Program-made: the position numbers and the translations under genes
Shown here: piece after piece, positions 25,826 to 38,516 of the stretch
Numbering within the stretch: position 1 is the stretch's first letter
How the letters are laid out: every line of letters starts with the position of its first letter
DNA from: Aplysia californica
Lineage: Eukaryota
Direction of reading: 5' to 3'
Length of the DNA: 58,163 bases
Assembly (NCBI RefSeq): GCF_000002075.1
Contig: NW_004797505.1
Span: forward strand, 702,309-760,471
The notes under the pieces: model-generated
What the model saw: the letters and a program-made list of their open reading frames with translations, nothing else
Databases searched by the model: none
Told to the model about the DNA's origin: nothing

Positions 25826-26444
25826 CTTGCAAGATTTTTACACTTTGGAATTCAGGAGGCCGACATTCCACTGGATTCTATCCGAAACAATGCAATCCAG
25901 AAGACTAGATCTAAACGGAAACATCATAAAAACATGTTTACAAAGGGTAGTATAGTGACTAACGATACAGACTACAGAGATGACTGAGCCCTGAGCATCT
26001 CGAGTACTGGAATTAGGAATTGAAGTATCGATTAGACCTGGGCAGAAACTCAAACAATTTATTCGAACAACCGAATACACGCCAAAAACTAGATCTAGGT
26101 CACCGTTTCATTTTGCCAAAGCGATTCATTATTCGTTTCTGGTGTAGGTGTCTATTTCCCAATTATTCAATTTCTTAGGCTAGACCTACTTAGTTTCCCA
26201 CTTGTTTCTTGGTCTGCAATTGGCCTTGAGAGTGAATCGAGTTACGTGCCCTTTAGTGCCTGTAGTGTTGGACTGAGGATGTGGGATAGTTAGGCTACGT
26301 GCAAGGAAGTTTTACAGTTAAGTATCAGGGGATGGATTAAGTTTAGTGAGGGGATGGGAGATGACTCTTGGCTATATGACAGCGAGTGACGTAAATCGAC
26401 TTTTTCCCTCTTTGTTACAATGATGCAGCTAGATCTAGGTGCAC

Positions 26445-26808
26445 ACCGGCGTCTCTAGTGGGCGATTAGGAGCTTTGCTACTGCACACAGGGCACTCGAG
26501 TTCGATTCCAGAGTGGAGGTGGATTCTTTATAGAGTAGATCTATATCTGTTATTCTTCTGGGATGTTGTATCCCTTTCATCCCGGGTCTGTCTGCTGGGA
26601 TGTTGTATCCTTCTCAGCCCGGGTCTGTCTACTGGGATGTTGTATCCTTCTCAGCCCGGGTCTGTCTACTGGGATGTTGTATCCTTCTCAGCCCGGGTCT
26701 GTCTACTGGGATGTTGTGTCCCTCTTAGCCCAGGTTGGCCCTTGCATGCCAGAACCCGACTCATTGATCTAAATTTTGTCGATGGGGGCGTAAAAAAAAA
26801 AAAAAAAA
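26445..26808 (+). mobile_element. tRNA-derived SINE-like element with an internal 37-bp tandem expansion and poly-A tail
   Basis: B-box GAGTTCGATTCC at 26498-26509; about 4.7 x CCCGGGTCTGTCTACTGGGATGTTGTATCCTTCTCAG; tail AAATTTTGTCGATGGGGGCGT + A17; related fragment at 30580-30695. Confidence 0.6.
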
Positions 26809-28636
26809 TTTAAGTTGAAGAAACTTCTTTGTTGCACACTCTAACTTTTGTAAGTGACTTATTACGACCTTAGAGCATGCATCAAAATAACATTGAGTGT
26901 GTATCTAGCTTACGATTATTATTGTTTATATTGCTGCTCATTTATATTATGCATGTGATTGTAAGCCTACTTGTGTGTGCACGTGTGTACGTGTGTGTGT
27001 TTGTGTGCGTGTGTNNNNNNNNNNNNNNNNNNNNNNNNNNNNNNNNNNNNNNNNNNNNNNNNNNNNNNNNNNNNNNNNNNNNNNNNNNNNNNNNNNNNNN
27101 NNNNNNNNNNNNNNNNNNNNNNNNNNNNNNNNNNNNNNNNNNNNNNNNNNNNNNNNNNNNNNNNNNNNNNNNNNNNNNNNNNNNNNNNNNNNNNNNNNNN
27201 NNNNNNNNNNNNNNNNNNNNNNNNNNNNNNNNNNNNNNNNNNNNNNNNNNNNNNNNNNNNNNNNNNNNNNNNNNNNNNNNNNNNNNNNNNNNNNNNNNNN
27301 NNNNNNNNNNNNNNNNNNNNNNNNNNNNNNNNNNNNNNNNNNNNNNNNNNNNNNNNNNNNNNNNNNNNNNNNNNNNNNNNNNNNNNNNNNNNNNNNNNNN
27401 NNNNNNNNNNNNNNNNNNNNNNNNNNNNNNNNNNNNNNNNNNNNNNNNNNNNNNNNNNNNNNNNNNNNNNNNNNNNNNNNNNNNNNNNNNNNNNNNNNNN
27501 NNNNNNNNNNNNNNNNNNNNNNNNNNNNNNNNNNNNNNNNNNNNNNNNNNNNNNNNNNNNNNNNNNNNNNNNNNNNNNNNNNNNNNNNNNNNNNNNNNNN
27601 NNNNNNNNNNNNNNNNNNNNNNNNNNNNNNNNNNNNNNNNNNNNNNNNNNNNNNNNNNNNNNNNNNNNNNNNNNNNNNNNNNNNNNNNNNNNNNNNNNNN
27701 NNNNNNNNNNNNNNNNNNNNNNNNNNNNNNNNNNNNNNNNNNNNNNNNNNNNNNNNNNNNNNNNNNNNNNNNNNNNNNNNNNNNNNNNNNNNNNNNNNNN
27801 NNNNNNNNNNNNNNNNNNNNNNNNNNNNNNNNNNNNNNNNNNNNNNNNNNNNNNNNNNNNNNNNNNNNNNNNNNNNNNNNNNNNNNNNNNNNNNNNNNNN
27901 NNNNNNTACCAATTTATTCGGTACTAGAAACGAATAATGTCCATGCCCAGTATCGATATAATCGGGAGGAAAAAAACTAACTTTTATTGTGAAGCTCAAC
28001 TAAATTGGTCTTGTAGAAAAAACAGGAAGTTTCCGAACTCGATACCAGGCCAGAAGATGGAAGAAAGTTTTTGTGTAGATTCCCTGATTCACTATAACGA
28101 GACAGATTATGAAAGAAACTCTCTACCAAAAAAAATTGAATATTATCGACTAAATTCAATCAGAATTTTAAATTACGATTTTCCCTATGCTGCAAACAAA
28201 AAAAAGTAAAGAAGACTGACTGAAGCTGTGGAAAGACAAATGAACTCATAGATTAAATGTTTTTTTAAAAATAAAAAATGAACAGCTGTAGATCTAGATC
28301 TACACATATTCCCGGCAAAGTATGTAAAACAGTTACTAAATCTGGGTAATGCATAACTTTTTTTTATTTTTACGACGTAGAGAGCTCTTTAAATTTGGAA
28401 GGACAGGAAACGAAAATATTTTGTAACAAAACAAAATATGTATACAGAAGAGCGAATATAGGCTACTCTAAACGAAATCCATTGTGCTGTTGAGATATAT
28501 TATTCACCACTAGGCCTAAAGAATGGTAAAGAGCAGTTCAGACATGTTCGCAGTCATAAAATGCACTTTTAATGGGCGGCCTGAAAAGCGACAAGCTGTT
28601 TAGATTATATTCTAAGCTTCGCCCTACTATGCCGTG

Positions 28637-28708
28637 TCCTCGGTAGTATAGTGGTAAGTATCCCCGCCTGTCACGCGGGAGACCGGGGTTCGATTCCCCG
28701 CCGGGGAG
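28637..28708 (+). tRNA. tRNA-Asp (GTC)
   Basis: 72-nt cloverleaf TCCTCGG..CCGGGGAG; anticodon arm CCCGC-CTGTCAC-GCGGG; T-arm GGTTCGATTCC; oligo-T Pol III terminator from 28713. Confidence 0.96.
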
Positions 28709-30579
28709 GAAGTTTTTTTTTTTTTTTTTTAATTGTCCAAGAATGACAGTTTTTCTTTTATTACGATTTCATTCGTATTTCTGCTTTTTTATCATTTTTC
28801 TTGACAATGGTATCATTGTAATTAAGAATGTGTGGGTCGATCACAGCAAAACGAATTGCCGCACTCTGACGGCGCGCACTGCCTTTGGGACGTGGGTCAA
28901 ACCAGAGAGGGTTTACAGTAATACTGTAAACTCTCTGGTCAAACTTCAGCATGTTTTGGCTGCAGATCACACGCACATGCCGCGAAAATGAAAACTGTCG
29001 CAGATCAATTAGTTTCAAGAAAACCAAGGAGCTTAGAACTAATGGAGCCTCCTCTCTCTCTTCGCGGCGCCGCGAGCAGTACGCCGCGTTGGGGATCAAA
29101 NNNNNNNNNNNNNNNNNNNNNNNNNNNNNNNNNNNNNNNNNNNNNNNNNNNNNNNNNNNNNNNNNNNNNNNNNNNNNNNNNNNNNNNNNNNNNNNNNNNN
29201 NNNNNNNNNNNNNNNNNNNNNNNNNNNNNNNNNNNNNNNNNNNNNNNNNNNNNNNNNNNNNNNNNNNNNNNNNNNNNNNNNNNNNNNNNNNNNNNNNNNN
29301 NNNNNNNNNNNNNNNNNNNNNNNNNNNNNNNNNNNNNNNNNNNNNNNNNNNNNNNNNNNNNNNNNNNNNNNNNNNNNNNNNNNNNNNNNNNNNNNNNNNN
29401 NNNNNNNNNNNNNNNNNNNNNNNNNNNNNNNNNNNNNNNNNNNNNNNNNNNNNNNNNNNNNNNNNNNNNNNNNNNNNNNNNNNNNNNNNNNNNNNNNNNN
29501 NNNNNNNNNNCTGACGGGCTGACGGATAATGACAGGGAGAAAAAAATCATGTGTGTGATACGGACTGTTCAATTCTTTAAGAGTTGTATGTTATAATCTA
29601 GTTTAAAAATCAAAAAGATGTGTAAAATAAGAAGAAAACTTGTCAGAGTAACATAAAATTATCAAACATACCAAATTAAAAAGATAATCTTTCAAGATGC
29701 TAAAATATATAATCATAAGAAATGGATGAAAATATACTTTTAAACTGAATTTAAGATATAAATGATTGCATGATTCTAGGCGTGTGCCATAACTAACTTT
29801 ATGTGTAAGGAATAGCGGACACAAAAGAGGGTCGATGTTTGCTTTATATAATTTTATTGCTAACAGTATGTCTTGGTCTATAAATAATATTATTGATCAC
29901 AATAATTTTGTTTCCTGGTTTTCACAAAGTGAAGCGCACAATGATTTCAAATATCCCCCCCCCCCCAAAAAAAAAAAAAAAGAGATAACAGCACCGTTGG
30001 AAGTGTGATCGCATGCATGAGCGTGGATAACCTTTGAAGGGTTTTTTTTTCTTCAGTAAAGTATATGGAGAGCAGCGTTTTTAGTCCCTTATTGCACCCC
30101 AGAGGTGGATAATTTATCTTAGTGATGACTCTTGTGTAGTAAAATTTGTTGTTGCTTTGTTTGGTTTATCTTTTAACAGCAGAATCTTAAGTGAACCGGA
30201 ATTATTGATTGTGGGATCTTAGGTGAAGACTACAACAATAGAATTAAAACGAGTATAGTTCTATCTAACAAGACTCAAACTCTTATCCACCCCCACCCTA
30301 CCCTCTCCCCTCATCTGATATGGTTCGGTGTTTCTTTAACATAGAAAATATTCATCATTATTGTTGTTGAATATTGATATCATGTTCTAATGGAGCCTCT
30401 AGATATCTACATTTAGACTACAGTAGCATCTAATGTGCACACTCAAAGGAAAGCAATATCTTTAATTAAAATGTATAATATGTATATACATACACACACA
30501 TAATAATTATATATATTATTATACTCATAATAATTATATATATTTATGAATAAGAATACTTTTAAAAAATTGAGTATCT

Positions 30580-30695
30580 CAGTCTTTCTGCTGGGGTGTT
30601 GTATCCCTTTCAGCCTGGGTTGGCCTTGGCATGTAGCGCCGGGGCCAGCCTCTTATGAATTAATGGTTTAAATTGTGTTGCTGGGGGCATAGAAA
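30580..30695 (+). mobile_element. 3' fragment of the same SINE family as 26445-26808
   Basis: Single CTGCTGGGGTGTTGTATCCCTTTCAGCC unit followed by GGTTGGCC.TGGCATG and the AAATTGTGTTGCTGGGGGCAT tail. Confidence 0.55.
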
Positions 30696-30884
30696 CACTT
30701 TCATTCAAATTTTTAAAAAGGGAAACAACTTAACTGTGAAAACTTCGGTCCACTGCAGCATCATATCGGTTCTTACACTTAAATATACAACACAGGTGCA
30801 AGGCATTTTTACTAATTGACTTGCCTAATCTGAAGGACTTCGGAATAAAACCGTCTTTCTTTATCTAGATTTCAGTGCCTTAAT

Positions 30885-31136
30885 CGGGCAATCGCGCAGC
30901 GCAGGTAGCCCACGGTTCCGCCGCGAGAGAGGGCTCCTATCACTACTATCAGGCGTGCGGTGCCGCCCACAGAGCATCCTCCATTACTTTTAATCTCCTT
31001 GAAGAAAACCCATACCTAAATAACTGGTTTGCTACAGTCTTCGAGTAACTGTTTCTGCTGGAAGACCGCGTCGAGTCACGAGCAGACCTTGTGCTGTTGA
31101 AGCTAGAAGCTGAGCAGAGTAAGTCTGATTCCCTGT
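30885..31136 (+). mobile_element. 5' part of a SINE-like repeat interrupted by Gypsy 2 (3' part at 35335-35425)
   Basis: Degenerate tRNA-like head; both flanks of Gypsy 2 are contiguous in the paralogue at 15622-15760. Confidence 0.45.
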
Positions 31137-34100
31137 TGTAGCAAGGTTCACTTCACCAGTCCCCCCCCCCCCCCAAAAAAAAAAAAACAACAACTAGAGA
31201 CACAGACACAGCTTTATATACACCCCAGACCCTATGTTCCCAGAAGCCCTGAATCTCAAGACAATGTGAGAACTGCTCATGGAGTGTTTACAATGAAAGG
31301 AAAACAATTGATTATATAATGGACAAGCAACTGTGGTAGATTATGGATTATGTCCCATATCATTACACCTCCCCTTTTTAGTTTCCAAAATGACGTTAAA
31401 TTAAAATTTGCAATGGAACAATGTCTTATTCACATGTTGGCTAAAATGTAGTTTTTACTTCTTGTGACGGTTTATACTTTAAATCCACCCTGGTTGAAGC
31501 GGTTTTTTTAGGCAACTGAAGTGTTGGAAAATAAGGTCCTTCCTGTAAAAGTAGCTTGTAATCCACCAGAAAAAAAAAGTAAAATAAACCTATAACTGTT
31601 GCTAGTCTACACAGCAATTTAAATCAGGTGGGATCAGCCTACACATTCAGGGTGCTGCTCACCTGAAAAAGACCATTTGGAAACACAAATTCCTAACGAA
31701 CAGTCTACTGTTCTCTATTTTGATTAGAGTGAAAAAGAAAAAGAAACGAACACATCAACACAATACTAGCTCAAAGCACAATCTAGCTACACATTGGCTT
31801 TGAGAAACAGTCCATGAGTTTCATATCATTCGTCACGGTAACGTGCTGGCTTAACGATGGCTCTGCCGCTTCTGCTGAATTGCGGTGCTGCCACTGCAGT
31901 TGTAGATGTCGCCTGCTGATTCTGCATTTGTGACGTCACTGGCTCCATGGACAAGTGCGATGATGGAGATGGTGGAGGCTGCTCTGGAGGGCCTCCACTG
32001 TTACTCCCAGGATTTGGAGGTAGGACCGGATCAGCATGCGTAGAAATCAGAGATTGGTAAACCTCCGAGGACTCCGACGCTGGAAACTGGATGTACGGCG
32101 ACCTCAGACTGTCGCCTCCCTCTGGTCGGCGCAAAAGATGGCGCCGATTCCGCCTCAGCACGCCGCCTGCTGCTGTCTTTACTAGGTAAGACCTAGATCT
32201 AGGTGCACACTGCTTTACAACCTTGGCTAGCTGCTTCCAACCTTGTTGTCCGTCCAGTTTGATGAAAACCGGATCACCTGGTCTAAGCTCAAACAAGGCC
32301 CGAGCTCCGAAGTGTCTGTCATAGTAGGACTTTTGCTTCTGCTTGTAGACTCTGTCCTTTTCGCGTTTACTGCGCGAGGCTGTAAGACTGTGGGAAGTGT
32401 TGGGAATGTCGTCTTCATTTTCCTCCCCATCGCTAGCTCTGCCGGGCTAGCCCCCAGTCCTGGTATTGGCGTAGCTCTGTACGTCAACAATGCCAGAGCA
32501 TAGTCTTCTTGCCTTAACAGGCGCTTGGACAGTTTGACTCTGCACTCTGCCGCTCCGTTCCCAGATGGAAAGTGTGGGGAACTGTTAATATGCTGGAAGT
32601 GGAAGCCCCAGTCTTGGGCAAATCGTTGAAATTCGTGTGACGTAAGATTGGTCTGATTGTCACTGACTACTGTCTCTGGGATGCCATGTCTCGCAAAGAT
32701 TGTTTTCAGTTTCGTGACTAACGTTGAGACTTTCTGGTTGGGCAAGTACCCAATTTCTGAATAACGTGAATAGTAGTCGGTGACCACAACGAACGACCGA
32801 CCTTTCAGTTCAAACAGGTCAAGAGCTACCTTCTCAAATGGCCTGTTGGGAAGCGGCGTTGGAAGCAGAGGCTCTTTGAGATGGGATGCTCTCTCTTCCA
32901 AGCACAGTCGACAATTTGCCACTCTTTCCTTTATGTCTTTCCCAATCTGTTGGCAGTTCTGGGTCAAAGTATGCTAGCGTCGGTGCTTCTGTCAACAGTT
33001 CCTTGACCTTTTTCACTGCTTCAATTTGAGATGGACCCCATCTTCTCGAGTAGCTCTGTCAAGGGGCGGGCAACAGTGGAGAGATTTGGAAGGTGACGCC
33101 CGACGAATTGTACCAAACCCACCATTCTGCGCAGCTCAGTCAGGTTTGTGGGGTCTGGCATTTCGATGATTGCTGACGTCTTGCCGTCATCCGGTTTGAT
33201 CCCGTCCTTGCTGACGATGAACCCCAAGAATTTAATCTCATCCTTTCTCAGCTCGCATTTTTCTTGGTTCAGTTTCACCCCGGCATTCTCAAGCTTCGAA
33301 AATGTTTCTTTTAAGTGTCTCTTGTGCTCCTCTGTGTTTCTGCTGTGAACAAGAATGCCACCTTGGAAACAAATTGCTCCCTCCTGATCACCAAGAATCT
33401 GTTCTATCTTCCTCTGAAAAAATCTCGCTCGCCGAGCAGATCCCTTGCGGCAAGCGTTTGTAGAAGAACCTTCCTTCAGGGGTAATAAATGTAGTCAGTT
33501 TTGCCGACTTCTCATCAAGTGGAACTTGGAAATAGCCGCTTGTAGCATCTAGTTTGCTGAAGATTGTCGAACCCTTTAGTTTGTGCAAGACCTCTTCAAC
33601 GACAGAGAGCATTTCTCACGTTTGACGGCTGCGTTCAGCTTTTTGTAGTCAGTGCATATTCTTACTCCCCCTGATGGTTTGATCACTGGCACGATCGGTG
33701 AGCACCAGTCTGTTGGTTCGTCGATTTTCTCTATGATCCCAGCCTGCTCTATTTTCCTTAGTTCTTCTTTGACCTTGCTTCTGAGGGAAATTGGGATTCT
33801 ACGGGCTGTATGAATACTGTACGGCTGAGCATCTTCCTTCAACTCGATTTTCACTGGTTCAGTTTTGATAACATTTTTATCTAAGCCTCCAAACAGCGAG
33901 TCTACCCGTACGACTAGTCCCATCCTCGCTGCAGCCTCTCGGCTCAGATTTTCTGGTGCTAGCGTCACATAAACTGTCACTGGGTATTGTTTTCCTTTGA
34001 CTGTAAAGTTCATGGTTGCCTTGCCGTGGCATTTCAAAACACCGCCCGGGCTTCTGAGTATTATCTTGGTTTTCTGTAGAACAGGTCTCGGCTCTAACTC

Positions 34101-35329
34101 AGCGAACGTCTCTGCCGTCATGATTGAGACGTCTGCACCCGTGTTAATCTTAAATTGCATTTTGTGTGTGCCGACAGCTACCTTTGTTTTCCATGGCGCT
34201 TCATTACTTTTAGTTTCTATTGACAGTAGGTATGCTTCTTCCTCTTCTTCATCTTCCACTTTTACTTCGTTGGTTTTCTTTCTTGTGTGGCACATTTTGG
34301 CAAAGTGATTCTTCTTGGAGCATTCTCTGCATGTTTTCCCATATTATGCTGGACATTGTCGTCTGCCGTGGGATCCCCCCCCCCCCCACAGTACTGGCAA
34401 TTACGCACGTCTTGCTGGCCACTGCTTCCTCCGCGTCCCCGCAGAGCGGATCCTCTGCGTGGTCCCCCATGCACACTCCCATGTTTGAGGGTTCTCGATC
34501 CAAAGGATTGAACGGCATCGACATTTGGCAATCTTTGCTCTTTGATTTTGGCCTTTACTCTTTCTATTTGTCTTGCCATAGTGATAGCTTTCTCAAGGGT
34601 TAAATCAGGCTCTAACTGAAGTTTCTCCGACAATTCTTTGTCAGTAATACCCAGGACTAGCCGACCCCTAATCATATTGTCCTTACCTGGGAAAGCTGTA
34701 TGCTCAGAGAGTTCGTATAAACTTCTGACGTATTCTTCTATGGTCTCTGTTTCTTTCTGACAACGTTTGTGGAACTGAGCTCTCTCATGAATTACATTTC
34801 GTTTTGGGCTGAAATACCCATCAAACGTGGTCAGAACTGTGTTGAAAACATTGCTATCATCCTGTGAGAGACCAAAGGTAGACATAATCTTTTCCATTGC
34901 ATATATGAGGCTACTAACTTGGACTTCTTCACTTTTCTTCGTCAACTCAGACGCAGTCCTAAATCTAAGAAAGTTTGTCTCCACGAAGCCCATGCTATCG
35001 GTTCACGAAAGTTAAAATTAGCTGGTGGTTTAAAAGTCATGTTTCTTACCGTGAGGTTTCTCCACGTTATATCCTACTCTTGTGTTGTTCTTCTGTCTCA
35101 CTCACTCACATCTGACACCATGTAGCAAGGTTCACTTCACCAGTAAAAAAACAAACTAGAGACACAGACACAGCTTTATATACACCCCAGACCCTACGTT
35201 CCCAGAAGCCCTGAATCTCAAGACAATGTGAGAACTGCTCATGGAGTGTTTACAATGAAAGGGAAACAACTGATAATATAATGGACAAGCAACTGTGGTG
35301 GATTATGGATTATGTCCCATATCATTACA
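31137..35329 (-). mobile_element. Ty3/Gypsy (Mag-like) LTR retrotransposon 2; both LTRs present, internally deleted and non-functional
   Basis: LTRs 31137-31367 and 35121-35329 (TGTA..TACA); PBS TGGTGTCAGATGT adjacent to the 5' LTR; PPT at 31368-31379; TSD CCTGT/CATGT; gag, protease, RT (KLDATSGYFQVPL) and integrase (FARHGIPETVVSDN); RNase H absent (junction near 32948). Confidence 0.95.
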
Positions 35330-35426
35330 CATGTAAAAGACTTCTGTTGACACCCACCCCTTGGCGCTCATATATGACCTTATGCAGTTGCGAGCGCCGT
35401 AAAACCCTCTACTATATAAAAAAAGA

Positions 35427-35615
35427 CCACTAGAGCCACAGGTAGCTGTTTCTGTTGGTAGATCACTAGAGTCACAGACTGTTTCTAATTCTGTTAATAT
35501 ACCACTAGAGTCACGGGTAACTGTTTCTGTTGGTAGACCACTATAGACTAGAGTCACAGGCTAGGTATAACTGTTTCTGTCGGTAGACCTCTAGAGTCAC
35601 GGGTAACTGTTTCTG
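35427..35615. repeat. ~36-bp tandem repeat, about 5 copies
   Basis: Unit CACTAGAGTCACGGGTAACTGTTTCTGTTGGTAGAC. Confidence 0.85.
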
Positions 35616-36347
35616 TGGACTTTCTCCCTAGCTGACATCAAACACCTACCAAACCAGCAAAGCCATTGCCATGATAGAATTGTATCTCTGCGCCCCCCCC
35701 CCCCACTCTTTTTTTCNNNNNNNNNNNNNNNNNNNNNNNNNNNNNNNNNNNNNNNNNNNNNNNNNNNNNNNNNNNNNNNNNNNNNNNNNNNNNNNNNNNN
35801 NNNNNNNNNNNNNNNNNNNNNNNNNNNNNNNNNNNNNNNNNNNNNNNNNNNNNNNNNNNNNNNNNNNNNNNNNNNNNNNNNNNNNNNNNNNNNNNNNNNN
35901 NNNNNNNNNNNNNNNNNNNNNNNNNNNNNNNNNNNNNNNNNNNNNNNNNNNNNNNNNNNNNNNNNNNCACCCCCCCCTCTCAGCAAGTGTTTCGGCCTTA
36001 ACTTCCTGACACTCAAAGCGGAGCCATTACAAGAGTGAGAAAAAAAGGAGGCGTTAAGTTTCACGATAACAATTTTGTTCATACGTGTTTATTGTCAATT
36101 TCTTGGTTCTGTTCAGGATTGCAAGTCACACCGAAGATCGAACATCTTTGATCACCCGGAATGGCAATGGCCGGCCCCGTCCCACAAGTAGGCTATATTG
36201 TTCTGGAAATTTTCCACACGCCAAGATAACTGTGCGCGCTAGAGTTACCCCCCTCAACGTTGTTAAGGACGCCATATTGGATGTTGTGTTTGTCAGTTTA
36301 CATGACAAAGTTTGGTTGATAACTTGATCTATCGCCGAATTTTCATC

Positions 36348-36481
36348 ATGGGAGAAGAAACCGCCGAGCTGTCTGAATCTAAATCTGTCGTACCAGAGGC
36401 GGAGAGCGATTTGTCAATCCCGGACACAAAAGAAACTGCTCAACAGAATTCATATGTCATCAGACCAAATTTTTCCCAAAA
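36348..36481 (+). CDS. TCTEX1D2: Tctex1 domain-containing protein 2 (dynein-2 light chain), exon 1
   Basis: ATG 36348; MGEETAE...QNSYVIRPNFSQK; donor AA|GTAAGT, phase 2. Not in the ORF track (too short). Confidence 0.85.
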
Positions 36482-36981
36482 GTAAGTGAGAATCAAAATC
36501 AAACACTTTTCCGGCGATTTTGTAGTTTCGTTCGTTAAAGTCAAGCAGGGGGGTTTCAGGGGGGTTTGCCCTCCTGACCTAAAAAAAATATGGAGGTGGG
36601 GGGTTCAGGGGGGCATGCCCCCCCTGAATTTTATCCTAATTTGATGTCAGTTAGGTTGCATCCCTGCTCTTTGTGTAGCCTAATTCAAATAGTATTTGGT
36701 CTTCATGACTTCTGGATTTCTTCTCTGAATGTAAACAAATGGATCATGGACTTTAACGAACGGAACTACAAGATCACCACTTTTTCTACTTCTAGAATCT
36801 AGATCTGATCTAGAGCAAGACATTTAGTCTAGATCTACATCTCGATATAGCCTATGTACATCTCGACTCAACTTCTTTGCTTCAGCTTCAATGCTTGTGG
36901 CTTGTTGTGGCTGTCAACTGCTATTTATGCCAGTTTTTCTATGGCTTTGTTGTACCCAAGTATCAGTAGAGTTAAAAATAA

Positions 36982-38516
36982 AGCCGTCTTGGTAAGATTG
37001 TACTTTACCGGACCACCGGTCGGAACTACTTTCGCTATGGCGCCCCTGGTGCCTAGTGGCCCGCTATTCTTCGTTTCCGAGCTCCCCTACTCACTCTCCT
37101 ACTCAGTTTTCTACGTCCTCACTCTTCAACTGCCAGCAATCGACTGATGTCTCTTACCGGGTTTTTCAGTCATCACGACCGTGCCACCGTGCCTTNNNNN
37201 NNNNNNNNNNNNNNNNNNNNNNNNNNNNNNNNNNNNNNNNNNNNNNNNNNNNNNNNNNNNNNNNNNNNNNNNNNNNNNNNNNNNNNNNNNNNNNNNNNNN
37301 NNNNNNNNNNNNNNNNNNNNNNNNNNNNNNNNNNNNNNNNNNNNNNNNNNNNNNNNNNNNNNNNNNNNNNNNNNNNNNNNNNNNNNNNNNNNNNNNNNNN
37401 NNNNNNNNNNNNNNNNNNNNNNNNNNNNNNNNNNNNNNNNNNNNNNNNNNNNNNNNNNNNNNNNNNNNNNNNNNNNNNNNNNNNNNNNNNNNNNNNNNNN
37501 NNNNNNNNNNNNNNNNNNNNNNNNNNNNNNNNNNNNNNNNNNNNNNNNNNNNNNNNNNNNNNNNNNNNNNNNNNNNNNNNNNNNNNNNNNNNNNNNNNNN
37601 NNNNNNNNNNNNNNNNNNNNNNNNNNNNNNNNNNNNNNNNNNNNNNNNNNNNNNNNNNNNNNNNNNNNNNNNNNNNNNNNNNNNNNNNNNNNNNNNNNNN
37701 NNNNNNNNNNNNNNNNNNNNNNNNNNNNNNNNNNNTTGCGCTGTGCGTGCGCGAAGTCGCCCGCGGAACTACCTTTTGTCCGCACGCAGAGTACTATGAC
37801 TATGAGAGCGAAGTTAGGCTAGTAGTCTAGGTGTGCGTAGTAATCACGGACCGAGACGGGTGGTCCGGTAAAGTAAAATCCAGCCACCGTCTTTATTCGG
37901 ACTCGAGTCCGAATAACATTTATTCATATTCGAACTTGAGTCCGAATTTTAAAAAATCTTATTCGGACTCGAGTCCAAAATGAAAAAATGTTATTCGGAC
38001 TCGGGTCTGGAAAAATGGAAGTGTCTTTGTTCTATAGATCTAACGTTCAGTGCTTCCAATTTTCCGCCATTTTTTAGTTTCCCCCACACCTTATCTGTCG
38101 ATCCGATGCCCGCCGCCTCATTGATACGCACCGCTAGTGCCCCCCCTCCCCCTCCCCGACACGCACCCACAGCCACATGAGTAAGCAGGCCACCCATCCA
38201 ACCCCGACACACGCTAACGAGCCATCTTTAATTGCTTCTGATGACCTCTTGACAAATGAACATTTATTAGAAGTGCTATAACTTTTCAGGCCGGCCTCAA
38301 ATTCATCATAAGATAAAAACTCGGCTCCTGCACAAAACACCATTTTGCCCGAAGTGATCCCGGTCTCTACCCAGCCTGAGGCGAGTCACGAGTGGGGCGG
38401 GACAGGAAGCTGGAGTCACGAGTCACAGGAAGTCAGAAGTGATGTCCTGCTGGACAAGAATCAGAGTCCGAATAACACTTTTTCATATTGGGACTCGAGT
38501 CCGAAAAGTCACTTCG
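36982..38516 (-). mobile_element. Non-autonomous Mutator-like element, copy 2 (carries a nested insertion)
   Basis: Perfect 9-bp TSD TAAAAATAA (36973-36981, 38517-38525); homologous to copy 1; relic ORF 38134-38343 (GAEFLSYDEFEAGLKSY) resembles a MULE/FAR1-type N-terminal domain. Confidence 0.8.
36991..37885. mobile_element. TIR element (GG termini, 8-bp TSD; Merlin-like?) nested in the end of MULE copy 2; spans a gap
   Basis: GGTAAGATTGTACTTTACCGGACCACC / GGTGGTCCGGTAAAGTAAAATCCAGCC; flanks GCCGTCTT (36983-36990) and ACCGTCTT (37886-37893). Confidence 0.65.

Noticed and set aside
26877-29596. Long ORFs full of X (also 35597-37830 and 47659-48910)
   Set aside because: Artefacts of N gaps; only the embedded TCTEX1D2 exon 4 is real.
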